A stretch of DNA of 64,000 nt from Eledone cirrhosa (lineage: Eukaryota): positions 434,001 through 498,000 of the forward strand of contig OZ024742.1 in assembly GCA_964016885.1 (NCBI GenBank), given 5' to 3'. The position numbers and the translations under genes were made by a program. The notes under the pieces are model-generated. The model was not told the DNA's origin, made no database searches, and saw nothing but the letters and a program-made list of their open reading frames with translations. This document shows positions 25,456-42,000 of this stretch, one piece after another. The first letter of the stretch is position 1; every line of letters begins with the position of its first letter.

Positions 25456-25924
25456 CACCAACATCACCAGCATCATCATCATCACCAGTGTCACCATCAT
25501 CATCATCATCGTCAACATCACCATCATCACCTGGTTTAATGTCATCTTTACTTGTCACAAGCAGTGGATGTTTTGGTAACCTCTTTCAAAGCATCTCTCC
25601 AGATTGTTCCAGGGATAGGTTTAGGTCCAGATCATCCCAGACTACCTCTTCTCAGGACTTACATGGGTGCCCCCTTCTCTTTTCAAGGTTGATATATAAA
25701 GTAGCAGTCTAGGGTTGGTGGATTGGAAGAATTGTTAAAGAATCAGATAGCTCTGTAACTTCTTATTTCAAATGCCACCACAATCTGCCAGTAATTGGTA
25801 ATGGCAGACCAATGGTAACACGGTTCCCTTCATCCAATATCATGATTGGCACTTTCTTTTCTTTCACTTATAGAATACGGATCATTATATAAAAAAAAGT
25901 CTAAAAGTCTACAGTTTGTCTCTA

Positions 25925-26026
25925 GACCAGAAGCTCATCAGACCACTGCTTAGCCTGGTTTCCATGATGTGAAGTGACAGAGAGTACAAGACTCTCCCTG
26001 GACAGGACACCAGTCCATTGCGGGGC
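25925..26026 (-). mobile_element. Old SINE fragment (V-domain-like motif)
   Basis: Minus strand CCCGCAATGGACTGGTGTCCTGTCCAGGGAG resembles the CCTGCGATGGACTGGCGTCCCGTCCAGGG motif of V-type SINEs (from memory). Confidence 0.4.
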
Positions 26027-26609
26027 TAAATTAAATAGGTACACTATATGCCGTGTGTATCCAATGTTTTTAGAATCAATTATCAATAAAAGTTGAAATT
26101 AAAGCATGCAAGATTTCACAACTCTAGCATCATTACTTCATAGACAACCTATGAACTTTTCAGCCAACCATCGTAACAATTAATCTACATTGTAATTATA
26201 AACTGTTCAAATATTCCAACAGCAGACATGTTTCATCCTATTAGATTTCTTCGGTGCAATTTTGAAATTTTAACTAGAAAGGAAAATTAAATTAGTTAAA
26301 AATCTAATAACCGTTTCTATAGTAACATTGACTACAAAACTCAACGTATTTGGTTTCCATAACTCCACTAATATAATTCTCTCTTTGGAAGTTTGAATTC
26401 TAAAACTGCAGACAAAATGTAACAAATTGAAATATATTATTGGAATATTACAATATTGATTAAAGAATAAGATTAAATATCACCCTCTCTTTCTCTTTCC
26501 TTATCTCTCTTTCCATCCCTTACTCTTTCATTCGCTCTCTCTTGCCCTTCTCTTCCCTCTCTTACTGTTTCTCTTTTCCCCTCTTTCCCTCTCTCACTCT
26601 CTCAACCAG

Positions 26610-26720
26610 CTTCTGTAGTTTCTACCAAATTCCACTGACAAGACATTGGTCAACCCAAGACTATAGTAGAAACACTTGTCCAAGGTACAGCTCAGTAGGA
26701 CTGAATCCAGAACTATGTGT
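26610..26720 (-). mobile_element. Degenerate CORE-like SINE fragment (third family)
   Basis: Minus strand GTTCTGGATTCAGTCC (B-box like) followed by ACCTTGGACAAGTGTTTCTACTATAG; resembles abundant octopus SINEs. Confidence 0.55.
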
Positions 26721-27249
26721 CTATGAATATACAATACATGTTTCACTACAGAATTCCCTGCAAAAAACGTTGATTAATGATGGAGTCATAAATCATAACA
26801 CAATGCCATAAACACACACACACACACACACAAACAAGAAATAACATACAACAATCACAAACAAAACTAAGAACCTGACTAAAGACATATCCAAAGGTCA
26901 ACAATTCAAATTCCTGTCACAATGTCCACTATATAGAGATAGTAACCTGTCACAATGTCCACTGTCACAATGTCCACTATACAGAGATAATAACACTAAC
27001 ATCAATTCATCCTGAAGGTGAGACCATGTAGAATCAGAAATGTTGGTTTTAGGAAATTTACTGTCACAAATAAACTGCAAGAAACTCTTATGAAAATATA
27101 TAAAAATAAAACAGATAAAAAAGATAAAACTAGAACATGATTGTATTTTCAGTACAAACATGTCTAAAGCAAAGCTGCACTGTGTGTAGGTGTGTATAAA
27201 TGCGTGTGTGTGTATGTATATATACACATGTGAGTATATGTGTATGTGT

Positions 27250-27287
<38 letters not shown>

Positions 27288-27645
27288 GTGTGTGTGTGTT
27301 TATTGCAGAAACATTTTCCAAAGCAAAAATAAAAGAGAAACGCTGCAATAGAAAGTTCAAAGTAATTTCTTGCAACTGCCATCAAGTAATCAATGGAGTG
27401 TCCCCTCCAACAATGACCACCCCCACATGTTCACCATTGATACATAAAAGAGGGAGAGGAGAGCTGTAGAGATATGGAAGAATATAAAAGAGACTATTTA
27501 CAGAGAGAAAAGATATATTTAGAGTGGAGCGGATTAAACTGGGACAAAAATGAGATCAATAGAAAAAATTGAATGTTTATCAACAACAACAACATTAACA
27601 AAACTTAACCATGAATAAATAAGTAGACAAATTTGAATATAACCC

Positions 27646-28962
27646 CCACCAGCACCACCACCACAGTCTCTTGGTATCACCACCCTCACCACCACAGCCT
27701 CTTGGTATCACCTCCACCACCACCACCACAGCCTCTTGGTATCACCACCCTCACCACCACAACCTCTTGGTATCACCACCACCACCACCACCACAGCCTC
27801 TTGGTATCACCTCCACCACCACCACCACAGCCTCTTGGTATCACCACCCTCACCACCACAACCTCTTGGTATCACCACCACCACCACCACCACCACCACA
27901 GCCTCTTGGTATCACCTCCACCACCACCACCACAGCCTCTTGGTATCACCACCACCACCACCACCACAACCTCTTGGTATCACCACGACCAACACCACAG
28001 CCTCTTGGTATCACCACCACCACCACCACCACAGCCTCTTGGTATCACCACCCCCACCACCACCACAGCCTCTTGGTATCACCACCTCCACCACCACCAC
28101 AGCCTCTTGGTATCACCACCTCCACCACCACCACAGCCTCTTGGTATCACCACCCTCACCACCACCACAGCCTCTTGGTATCACCACCCTCACCACCACC
28201 ACAGCCTCTTGGTATCACCACCTCCACCACCACCACAGCCTCTTGGTATCACCACCTCCACCACCACCACAGCCTCTTGGTATCACCACCTCCACCACCA
28301 CCACAGCCTCTTGGTATCACCACCCTCACCACCACCACAGCCTCTTGGTATCACCACCACCACAGCCTCTTGGTATCACCACCACCACCACCACCACAGC
28401 CTCTTTGTATCACCACCACCACCACCACCACAGCCTCTTGGTATCACCACCACCACCACCACCACAGCCTCTTGGTATCACCACCCTCACCACCACAGCC
28501 TCTTGGTATCACCACCCTCACCACCACCACAGCCTCTTTGTATCACCACCCTCACCACCACCACAACCTCTTGGTATCACCACCTCCACCACCACCACAG
28601 CCTCTTGGTATCACCACCTCCACCACCACCACAGCCTCTTGGTATCACCACCTCCACCACCACCACAGCCTCTTGGTATCACCACCTCCACCACCACCAC
28701 AGCCTCTTGGTATCACCACCCTCACCACCACCACAGCCTCTTGGTATCACCACCACCACCACCACCACAGCCTCTTGGTATCACCACCACCACCACCACC
28801 ACAGCCTCTTGGTATCACCACCACCACCACCACCACAGCCTCTTGGTATCACCACCACCACCACCACAGCCTCTTTGTATCACCACCACCACCACCACCA
28901 CAGCCTCTTGGTATCACCACCACCACCACCACCACAGCCTCTTGGTATCACCACCACCACCA
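27646..28962. repeat. ~34-bp (25-40) minisatellite CAGCCTCTTGGTAT(CAC)n, ~40 copies
   Basis: Constant 14-bp core with a variable number of CAC triplets; modal period 34 (28101, 28135). Confidence 0.97.
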
Positions 28963-29074
28963 GTTTCAAAATAGTCTTTATTTAGGGAAGAACTCATTTC
29001 CTGTATATATTGTAAAGAAATGTACTACACATTATGGTGAATATATTATATATGTGGGGGGAGGATGCATGCAT

Positions 29075-29146
<72 letters not shown>

Positions 29147-29170
29147 AATATATGAGTGTGTGTGCATGTA

Positions 29171-29555
29171 TCATCATCATCACCACCATTTACTGTCCGT
29201 TTTTTCATCCATGCTAGCATGGGTTAGACAAGTTGTCCTGTTGTGAGACAAGCCAGATCAGATGACCGTGTCTTGCTCATACAGAACTGGTTTTGCCTTG
29301 GTTTCTATGGATGTACACACACAAACTCTCCCTTGCTAACTTTCTTTTTTACACCTTAATCCCACCACCACAACCCCCATCCTCATCAGTAGCAACTAAC
29401 ATCCAGTTAACTATGGTTGTGTGGGTTTGCCAGATCTTTTCCAACAAAGCCTCTTGCCACTTGTTGGAGTTCTTTATGAGGCTACATCTTCAGATCAGCT
29501 TTCAGCAATGGTTCTCATCTCTTTTACTACAGCAAGTCGTTCCTTCCCTTACCTA
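29171..29555 (-). mobile_element. Old RTE-related 3' fragments
   Basis: (CAT)n tail with 'catgctagcatgggttagac'; 29171-29310 is similar to 7631-7760. 29410-29550 weakly resembles the RT C-terminus. Confidence 0.5.
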
Positions 29556-29850
29556 ACTCTCATCATACATATGCATCACTTGTCCACTTAACAATTATAT
29601 CTATGTATATATATGATGATGATGATATATATATATATATGTATGGATGGATGTATAGTATATTTGGCAATATACCGTATGTTTAATTAAAAATATTTAG
29701 AAGACCATACGCTATCAGTTTCAAAGTAGTGACTATGTCACTTCTTTTCAGTGAAAGAAGGGAGAGTAGCTGACAGTCTGTTTCACACTGGTTGGCATTC
29801 ATCAGAGGCACGTACTCCACTGCTTTCACTGAAAATTATAGAAGCTGGAT

Positions 29851-29898
<48 letters not shown>

Positions 29899-30038
29899 GT
29901 ATGTGGTTGATGGCTGAGAGAAAGAAGTACTCAATAGCGAAGTAGAGTTTTAATATTCAATAATATCAAGGCTAAAAAGTGATTATACTCACTATTGTCT
30001 GTCAAAGTGGTTAATATTAGGACATCCTGCTGTAGGTC

Positions 30039-33000
30039 CAGCCACACACACCACACACACACACTAATATTGACAGACACACACACCACACACACTAATA
30101 TTGACAGCCACACACACCACACACACACTAATATTGACAGACACACACCACACACACACTAATATTGACAGACACACACACCACACACACTAATATTGAC
30201 AGCCACACACACCACACACACACTAATATTGACAGACACACACCACACACACACTAATATTGACAGACACACACACCACACACACTAATATTGACAGCCA
30301 CACACACCACAGACACACTAATATTGACAGACACACACCACACACAAATATTGACAGACACACACACCACACACACTAATATTGACAGCCACACACCACA
30401 CACACACTAATATTGACAGAAACACACACCACACACACTAATATTGACAGACACACACACCATACACACTAATATTGACAGACACACACACCACACACAC
30501 ACTAATATTGACAGACACACACACCACACACACTAATATTGACAGACACACACCACACACACACTAATATTGACAGACACACACACCACACACACTAATA
30601 TTGACAGACACACACACCACACACACTAATATTGACAGCCACACACCACACACACACTAATATTGACAGACACACACACCACACACACTAATATTGACAG
30701 ACACACACACCACACACACACTAATATTGACAGACACAGACACACCACACACACACTAATATTGACAGACACACACCACACACACACTAATATTGACAGA
30801 CACACACACCACACACACACTAATATTGACAGACACACACCACACACACACTAATATTGACAGACACACACCACACACACACACTAATATTGACAGACAC
30901 ACACCACACACACTAATATTGACAGACACACACACCACACACACTAATATGGACAGACACACACACCACACACACTAATATTGACAGACACACACACCAC
31001 ACACACTAATATTGACAGACACACACACCACACACACACTAATATTGACAGCCACACACACCAGACACACACTAATATTGACAGACACACACACCACACA
31101 CACTAATATTGACAGACACACACACCACACACACTAATATTGACAGACACACACCACACACTAATATTGACAGACACACACACCACACACACACTAATAT
31201 TGACAGACACACACACCACACACACACTAATATTGACAGACACACACCACACACACTAATATTGACAGACAAACACACCACACACACACTAATATTGACA
31301 GACACACACCACACACACACTAATATTGACAGACACACACACCACACACACTACTATTGATAGACACACACACCACACACACACTAATATTGACAGACAC
31401 ACACCACACACACTAATATTGACAGACACACACACCACACACACACTAATATTGACAGACACACACACCACACACACACTAATATTGACAGACACACACC
31501 ACACACACACACTAATATTGACAGACACACACCACACACACACACACTAATATTGACAGACACACACACCACACACACACTAATATTGACAGACACACAC
31601 ACCACACACACACTAATATTGACAGACACACACCACACACTAATATTGACAGACACAAACACCACACACACACTAATATTGACAGACACACACACCACAC
31701 ACACTAATATTGACAGACACACACCACACACACACACTAATATTGACAGACACACACCACACACACACACTAATATTGACAGACACACACACCACACACA
31801 CACTAATATTGACAGACACACACCACACACTAATATTGACAGACACACACACCACACACACACTAATATTGATAGACACACACACCACACACACTAATAT
31901 TGACAGACACACACACCACACACACTAATATTGACAGCCACACACACCACACACACACTAATATTGACAGACACACACACCACACACACTAATATTGACA
32001 GACACACAAACCAGACACACACTAATATTGACAGACACACACACCACACACACTAATATTGACAGACACACAAACCACACACACTAATATTGACAGACAC
32101 ACACACCACACACTAATATTGACAGACACACACACCACACACTAATATTGACAGACGCACACACCACACGCACACTAATATTGACAGACACACACCACAC
32201 ACACTAATATTGACAGACACACACACCACACACACTAATATTGACAGCCACACACACCACACACACTAATATTTACAGACACACACACCACACACTAATA
32301 TTGACAGCCACACACACCACACACTAATATTTACAGACACACACACCACACACACACTAATATTGACAGCCACACACACCACACACACACTAATATTGAC
32401 AGACACACACACACTAATATTGACAGACACACACACCACACTAATATTTACAGACACACACACCACACACACACTAATATTGACAGACACACACACCACA
32501 CACACACTAATATTGACAGCCACACACACCACACACACACTAATATTGACAGCCACACACACCACACACACACTAATATTGACAGACAGACACACCACAC
32601 ACACACTAATATTGACAGACACACACACCACACACACACACTAATATTTACGGACACACACACCACACACACACTAATATTGACAGCCACACACACCACA
32701 CACACTAATATTGACAGACACACACACCACACACACACTAATATTGACAGCCACACACACCACACACACTAATATTGACAGCCACACACACCACACACAC
32801 ACACTAATATTGACAGACACACACCACACACACTAATTTGGACAGCCACACACACCACACACACTAATATTGACAGCCACACACCACACACACTAATATT
32901 GACAGACACACACACCACACACACTAATATTGACAGACACACACACCACACACACACTAATATTGTCAGCCACACACACCACACACACTAATATTGACAG

Positions 33001-36000
33001 CCACACACACCACACACACTAAAATTGACAGACACACACACCACACACACTAATATTGACAGCCACACACCACACACACACACACTAATATGGACAGCCA
33101 CAGACACCACACACACACACACTAATATTGACAGCCACACACACCACACACTAAAATTGACAGACACACACACCACACACACTAATATTGACAGACACAG
33201 ACACCATACACACTAATATTGACAGACACACACCACACACTAATATTGAGAGACACACCACACACACTAATATTGACAGACACACACACCACACACACTA
33301 ATATTGACAGACACACACACCACACACACTAATATTGACAGACACACACACTAATATTGACAGACACACACACCACACACACTAATATTGACAGACACAC
33401 ACACCACACACACTAATATTGACAGACACACACACCACACACACTAATATTGACAGACACACACACCACACACACTAATATTGACAGCCACACACACCAC
33501 ACACACTAATATTGACAGCCACACACACACTAATATTGACAGACAGACACACCACACACACACTAATATTGACAGACACACACACACCACACACACACTA
33601 ATATTGACAGACACACACACACCACACACACACTAATATTGACAGACACACACCACACACACACTAATATTGACAGACACACACCACACACACACACACA
33701 CTAATATTGACAGACACACACCACACACACACTAATATTGAGAGACACACACCACACACACAATAATATTGACAGACACACACCACACACACACTAATAT
33801 TGACAGACACACACCACACACACTAATATTGACAGACACACACAACACACACACTAATATTGACAGACACACACACCACACACACACTAATATTGACAGA
33901 CACACACACCACACACACACTAATATTGACAGCCACACACACCAGACACACACTAATATTGACAGCCACACACACCGGACACACACTAATATTGACAGAC
34001 AGACACACCACACACACACTAATATTGACAGCCACACACACTAATATTGACAGACACACACACCAAACACACTAATATTTACGGACACACACACCACACA
34101 CACACTAATATTGACAGACACACACACCACACACACACTAATATTGACAGCCACACACACCACACACACACTAATATTGACAGCCACACACACCACACAC
34201 ACACTAATATTGACAGACAGACACACCACACACACACTATTATTGACAGCCACACACACTAATATTGACAGACACACACACCACACACACTAATATTGAC
34301 AGCCACACACACCACACACACTAAAATTGACAGACACACACACTAAAATTGACAGACACACACACCACACAAACTAATATTGACAGCCACACACCACACA
34401 CACACACACTAATATGGACAGCCACAGACACCTCACACACACACACTAATATTGACAGCCACACACACCACACACTAAAATTGACAGACACACACACCAC
34501 ACACACTAATATTGACAGCCACACACCACACACACTATTGACAGCCACACACACCACACACACTAAAATTGACAGACACACACACCACACACACACTAAT
34601 ATTGACAGACACACACACCACACACACTAATATTGACAGCCACACACACCATACACACTAATATTGACAGACACACACCACACACACTAATATTGACAGA
34701 CACACACTAATATTGACAGCTACACACACCACACACACTAATATTGACAGACACACACACCACACACACACTAATATTGACAGACACACCACACACACTA
34801 ATATTGACAACCACACACCACACACACTAATATTGACAGAGACCACACACACCACACACACACTAATATTGACAGACACACACACCACACACACTAATAT
34901 TGAGACACACACACCACACACACTAATATTGACAGCCACACACACCACACACACACTAATATTGACAGCCACACACACACTAATATTGACAGACACACAC
35001 ACCACACACACACTAATATTGACAGACACACACACACCACACACACACTAATATTGACAGACACACACCACACACACACTAATATTGAGAGACACACACC
35101 ACACACACACTAATATTGACAGACACACACCACACACACACTAATATTGACAGACACACACACCACACACACTAATATTGACAGACACACACCACACACT
35201 AATATTGACAGACACACACACCACACACACTAATATTGACAGCCACACACACCACACACACTAATATTGACAGACACACACACCACACACACACTAATAT
35301 TCACAGACACATACCACACACACTAATATTGACAGACACACACACCACACACACTAATATTGACAGACACACACACCACACACACACTAATATTGACAGA
35401 CACACACACCACACACACACTAATATTGACAGCCACACACACCGGACACACACTAATATTGACAGACACACACACCACACACACTAATATTGACAGACAC
35501 ACACACCACACACACTAATATTGACAGACACACACCACACACACACTAATATTGACACACACACACCACACACACTAATATTGACAGACACACACACCAC
35601 ACACACACTAATATTGACAGACACACACACCACACACACACTAATATTGACAGACACACACACCACACACACTAATATTGACAGCCACACACCACACACA
35701 CACACACTAATATGGACAGCCACAGACACCACACACACACACACTAATATTGACAGCCACACACACCACACACACTAATATTGACAGCCACACACAACAC
35801 ACACTATTGACAGCCACACACACCACACACACTAAAATTGACAGACACACACACCACACACTCCACACACACTAATATTGACAGCCACACACACCACACA
35901 CACTAATATTGACAGACACACACCACACACTAATATTGACAGACACACACTAATATTGACAGCCACACACCACACACTAATATTGACAGACACACACACC

Positions 36001-39000
36001 ACACACACACCACACACACTAATATTGACAGACACACACACCACACACACACACTAATATTGACAGACACCACACACACACTAATATTGACAGCCACACA
36101 CCACACACACCACACACACTAATATTGACAGACACCACACACACTAATATTGACAGACACACACACCACACACACACTAATATTGACAGACACACTCACC
36201 ACAGGCACTAATATTGACAGACACACACACCACACACACTAATATTGACAGACACACACACCACACACACTAATATTGACAGACACACACCACACACACT
36301 AATATTGAGAGACACACACCACACACACTAATATTGAGAGACACACACACCACACACACTAATATTGACAGACACACACACCACACACACACTAATATTG
36401 ACAGACACACACACCACACACACACTAATATTGACAGACACACACACCACACACACTAATATTGACAGACACACACACCACCCACACTAATATTGACAGC
36501 CACACACACCACACACACTAATATTGACAGCCACACACACCACACACACACTAATATTGACAGCCACACACACGCTAATATTGACACACACACCACACAC
36601 ACACTAATATTGACAGACACACACACACCACACACACACTAATATTGACAGACACACACCACACACACACTAATATTGACAGACACACACCACACACACA
36701 CACTAATATTGACAGACACACACCACACACACACACACTAATATTGACAGACACACACCACACACACACACTAATATTGACAGACACACCACACACACAC
36801 TAATATTAACAGCCACACACCACACACACTAATATTGACAGACACACACCACACACTAATATTGACAGACACACACACCTCACACACTAATATTGACAGC
36901 CACACACACCACACACACTAATATTGACAGACACACACACCACACACACACTAATATTGACAGACACACACCACACACACTAATATTGACAGACACACAC
37001 ACCACACACACTAATATTGACAGACACACACACCACACACACACTAATATTGACAGACACACACACCACACACACTCTAATATTGACAGCCACACACACC
37101 GGACACACACTAATATTGACAGACACACACACCACACTAATATTGACAGACACACACACCACACACACTAATATTGACAGACACACACCACACACACACT
37201 AATATTGACAGACACACACCACACACACTAATATTGACAGACACACACACCACACACACACTAATATTGACAGACACACACACCACACACACTAATATTG
37301 ACAGACACACACCACACACACACTAATATGGACAGACACACACCACACACACTAATATTGAGAGACACACACACCACACACACTAATATTGACAGCCACA
37401 CACCACACACACTAATATTGACAGACACACACACACCACACACTAATATTGACAGACACACACACCACACACACTAATATTGACAGACACACACACCACA
37501 CACACTAATATTGACAGACACACACCACACACACTAATATTGACAGCCACACACAACACACACTAATATTGACAGACACACACAACACACTAATATTGAC
37601 AGACACACACACCACACACACTAATATTGACAGACACACACACCACACACACACTAATATTGACAGCCACACACACCACACACACTAATATTGACAGACA
37701 GACACACCACACACACACTAATATTGACAGACACACACACCACACACACACTAATATTGACAGCCACACACACACCACACACACTAATATTGACAGACAC
37801 ACACACCACACACACACTAATATTGACAGCCACACACACCACACACACTAATATTGACAGCCACACACCACACACACTAATATTGACAGCCACACACACC
37901 ACACACACACACTAATATTGACAGACACACACCACACACACACACTAATATTGACAGACACACACACCACACACACACTAATATTGACAGACACACACAC
38001 CACACACACACTAATATTGACAGACACACACACCACACACACACTAATATTGACAGACACACACACCACACACACTAATATTGACAGCCACACACCACAC
38101 ACACACACACTAATATGGACAGCCACAGACACCACACACACACACACTAATATTGACAGCCACACACACCACACACACTAATATTGACAGCCACACACAA
38201 CACACACTATTGACAGCCACACACACCACACACACTAAAATTGACAGACACACACACCACACACACCACACACACTAATATTGACAGCCACACACACCAC
38301 ACACTAATATTGACAGACACACACTAATATTGACAGCCACACACCACACACTAATATTGACAGACACACACACCACACACACACCCCACACACTAATATT
38401 GACAGACACACACACCACACACACACACTAATATTGACAGACACCACACACACACTAATATTGACAGCCACACACCACACACCACACACACTAATATTGA
38501 CAGACATCACACACACTAATATTGACAGACACACACACCACACACACACTAATATTGACAGACACACTCACCACATGCACTAATATTGACAGACACACAC
38601 CACACACACTAATATTGACAGACACACACACCACACACACTAATATTGACAGACACACACCACACACACTAATATTGAGAGACACACACCACACACACTA
38701 ATATTGAGAGACACACACACCACACACACTAATATTGACAGACACACACACCACACACACACTAATATTGACAGACACACACACCACACACACACTAATA
38801 TTGACAGACACACACACCACACACACTAATATTGACAGACACACACACCACCCACACTAATATTGACAGCCACACACACCACACACACTAATATTGACAG
38901 CCACACACACCACACACACACTAATATTGACAGCCACACACACGCTAATATTGACACACACACCACACACACACTAATATTGACAGACACACACACACCA

Positions 39001-42000
39001 CACACACACTAATATTGACAGACACACACCACACACACACTAATATTGACAGACACACACCACACACACACACACACTAATATTGACAGACACACACCAC
39101 ACACACACACACTAATATTGACAGACACACACCACACACACACACTAATATTGACAGACACACACCACACACACACACACACCACACACACTAATATTGA
39201 CAGACACACACACCACACACACACTAATATTGACAGACACACCACACACACACTAATATTAACAGCCACACACCACACACACTAATATTGACAGACACAC
39301 ACCACACACTAATATTGACAGAGACACACACCTCACACACTAATATTGACAGCCACACACACCACACACACTAATATTGACAGACACACACACCACACAC
39401 ACACTAATATTGACAGACACACACCACACACACTAATATTGACAGACACACACCACACACACTAATATTGACAGACACACACACCACACACACACTAATA
39501 TTGACAGACACACACACCACACACTCTAATATTGACAGCCACACACACAGGACACACACTAATATTGACAGACACACACACCACACTAATATTGACAGAC
39601 ACACACACCACACACACTAATATTGACAGACACACACCACACACACACTAATATTGACAGACACACACCACACACACTAATATTGACAGACACACACACC
39701 ACACACACACTAATATTGACAGACACACACACCACACACACTAATATTGACAGACACACACCACACACACACTAATATGGACAGACACACACCACACACA
39801 CTAATATTGAGAGACACACACACCACACACACTAATATTGACAGCCACACACACCACACACACTAATATTGACAGACACACACACACCACACACTAATAT
39901 TGACAGACACACACACCACACACACTAATATTGACAGACACACACACCACACACACTAATATTGACAGACACACACCACACACACTAATATTGACAGCCA
40001 CACACAACACACACTAATATTGACAGACACACACAACACACACTAATATTGACAGACACACACACCACACACACTAATATTGACAGACACACACACCACA
40101 CACACACTAATATTCACAGCCACACACACCACACACACTAATATTGACAGACAGACACACCACACACACACTAATATTGACAGACACACACACCACACAC
40201 ACACTAATATTGACAGCCACACACACACCACACACACTAATATTGACAGACACACACACCACACACACACTAATATTGACAGCCACACACACCACACACA
40301 CTAATATTGACAGCCACACACCACACACACTAATATTGACAGCCACACACACCACACACACACACTAATATTGACAGACACACACCACACACACACACTA
40401 ATATTGACAGACACACACACCACACACACACTAATATTGACAGACACACACCACACACTAATATTGACAGACACACACACCACACACACACTAATATTGA
40501 CAGACACACACACCACACACACTAATATTGACAGACACACACCACACACACACACTAATATTGACAGACACACACGACACACACACACTAATATTGACAG
40601 ACACACACACCACACACACACTAATATTGACAGACACACACCACACACTAATATTGACAGACACACACCACACACACACTAATATTGACAGACACACACA
40701 CCACACACACTAATATTGACAGACACACACACCACACACACTAATATTGACAGCCACACACACCACACACACACTAATATTGACAGCCACACACCACACA
40801 CACTAATATTGACAGACACACACACCACACACACTAATATTGACAGACACACACACCACACACCACACACACTAATATTGACAGACACACACACCACACG
40901 CACACTAATATTGACAGACACACACCACACACACTAATATTGACAGACACACACACCACACACACTAATATTGACAGCCACACACACTAATATTTACAGA
41001 CAGACACACACCACACACACTAATATTGACAGCCACACACACCACACACTAATATTGACAGACACACACACCACACACTAATATTTACAGACACACACAC
41101 CACACACACACTAATATTGACAGCCACACACACCACACACACACTAATATTGACAGCCACACACACCACACACACTAATATTTACAGACACACACACCAC
41201 ACACACTAATATTGACAGCCACACACACCACACACTAATATTGACAGACACACACACCACACACACTAATATTGACAGACACACACACCACACACACACT
41301 AATATTGACAGCCACACACACCACACACACTAATATTGACAGCCACACACACCACACACACACTAATATTGACAGACAGACACACCACACACACACTAAT
41401 ATTGACAGCCACACACACTAATATTGACAGCCACACACACTAATATTGACAGACACACACACCACACACACACTAATATTTACAGACACACACACCACAC
41501 ACACTAATATTGACAGACACACACACCACACACACTAATATTGACAGCCACACACACCACACACACTAATATTGACAGCCACACACCACACACACACACA
41601 CACACTAATATGGACAGCCAGAGACACCACACACACACACACTAATATTGACAGCCACACACACCACACACTAAAATTGACAGCCACACACACCACACAC
41701 ACTAAAATTGACAGACACACACACCACACACACACTAATATTGACAGACACACACACCACACACTAATATTGACAGCCACACACACCACACACACTAATA
41801 TTGACAGACACACACCACACACACTAATATTGACAGACACACACACCACACACACACTAATATTGACAGACACACACACCACACACACTAATATTGACAG
41901 ACACACACCACACACACACTAATATGGACAGACACACACCACACACACTAATATTGACAGACACACACACCACACACACACTAATATTGACAGCCACACA

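Noticed and set aside
27633-29155. 412-494-aa extensin/His-rich ORFs
   Set aside because: All three frames give the same cyclic peptide because the unit has no stop. No ATG start or splice context.
29993-30030. Minus-strand exon candidate ending at a GTGAGT donor next to the satellite
   Set aside because: No pyrimidine tract at the acceptor, and the phase needed to join the 27074 candidate contains a stop.
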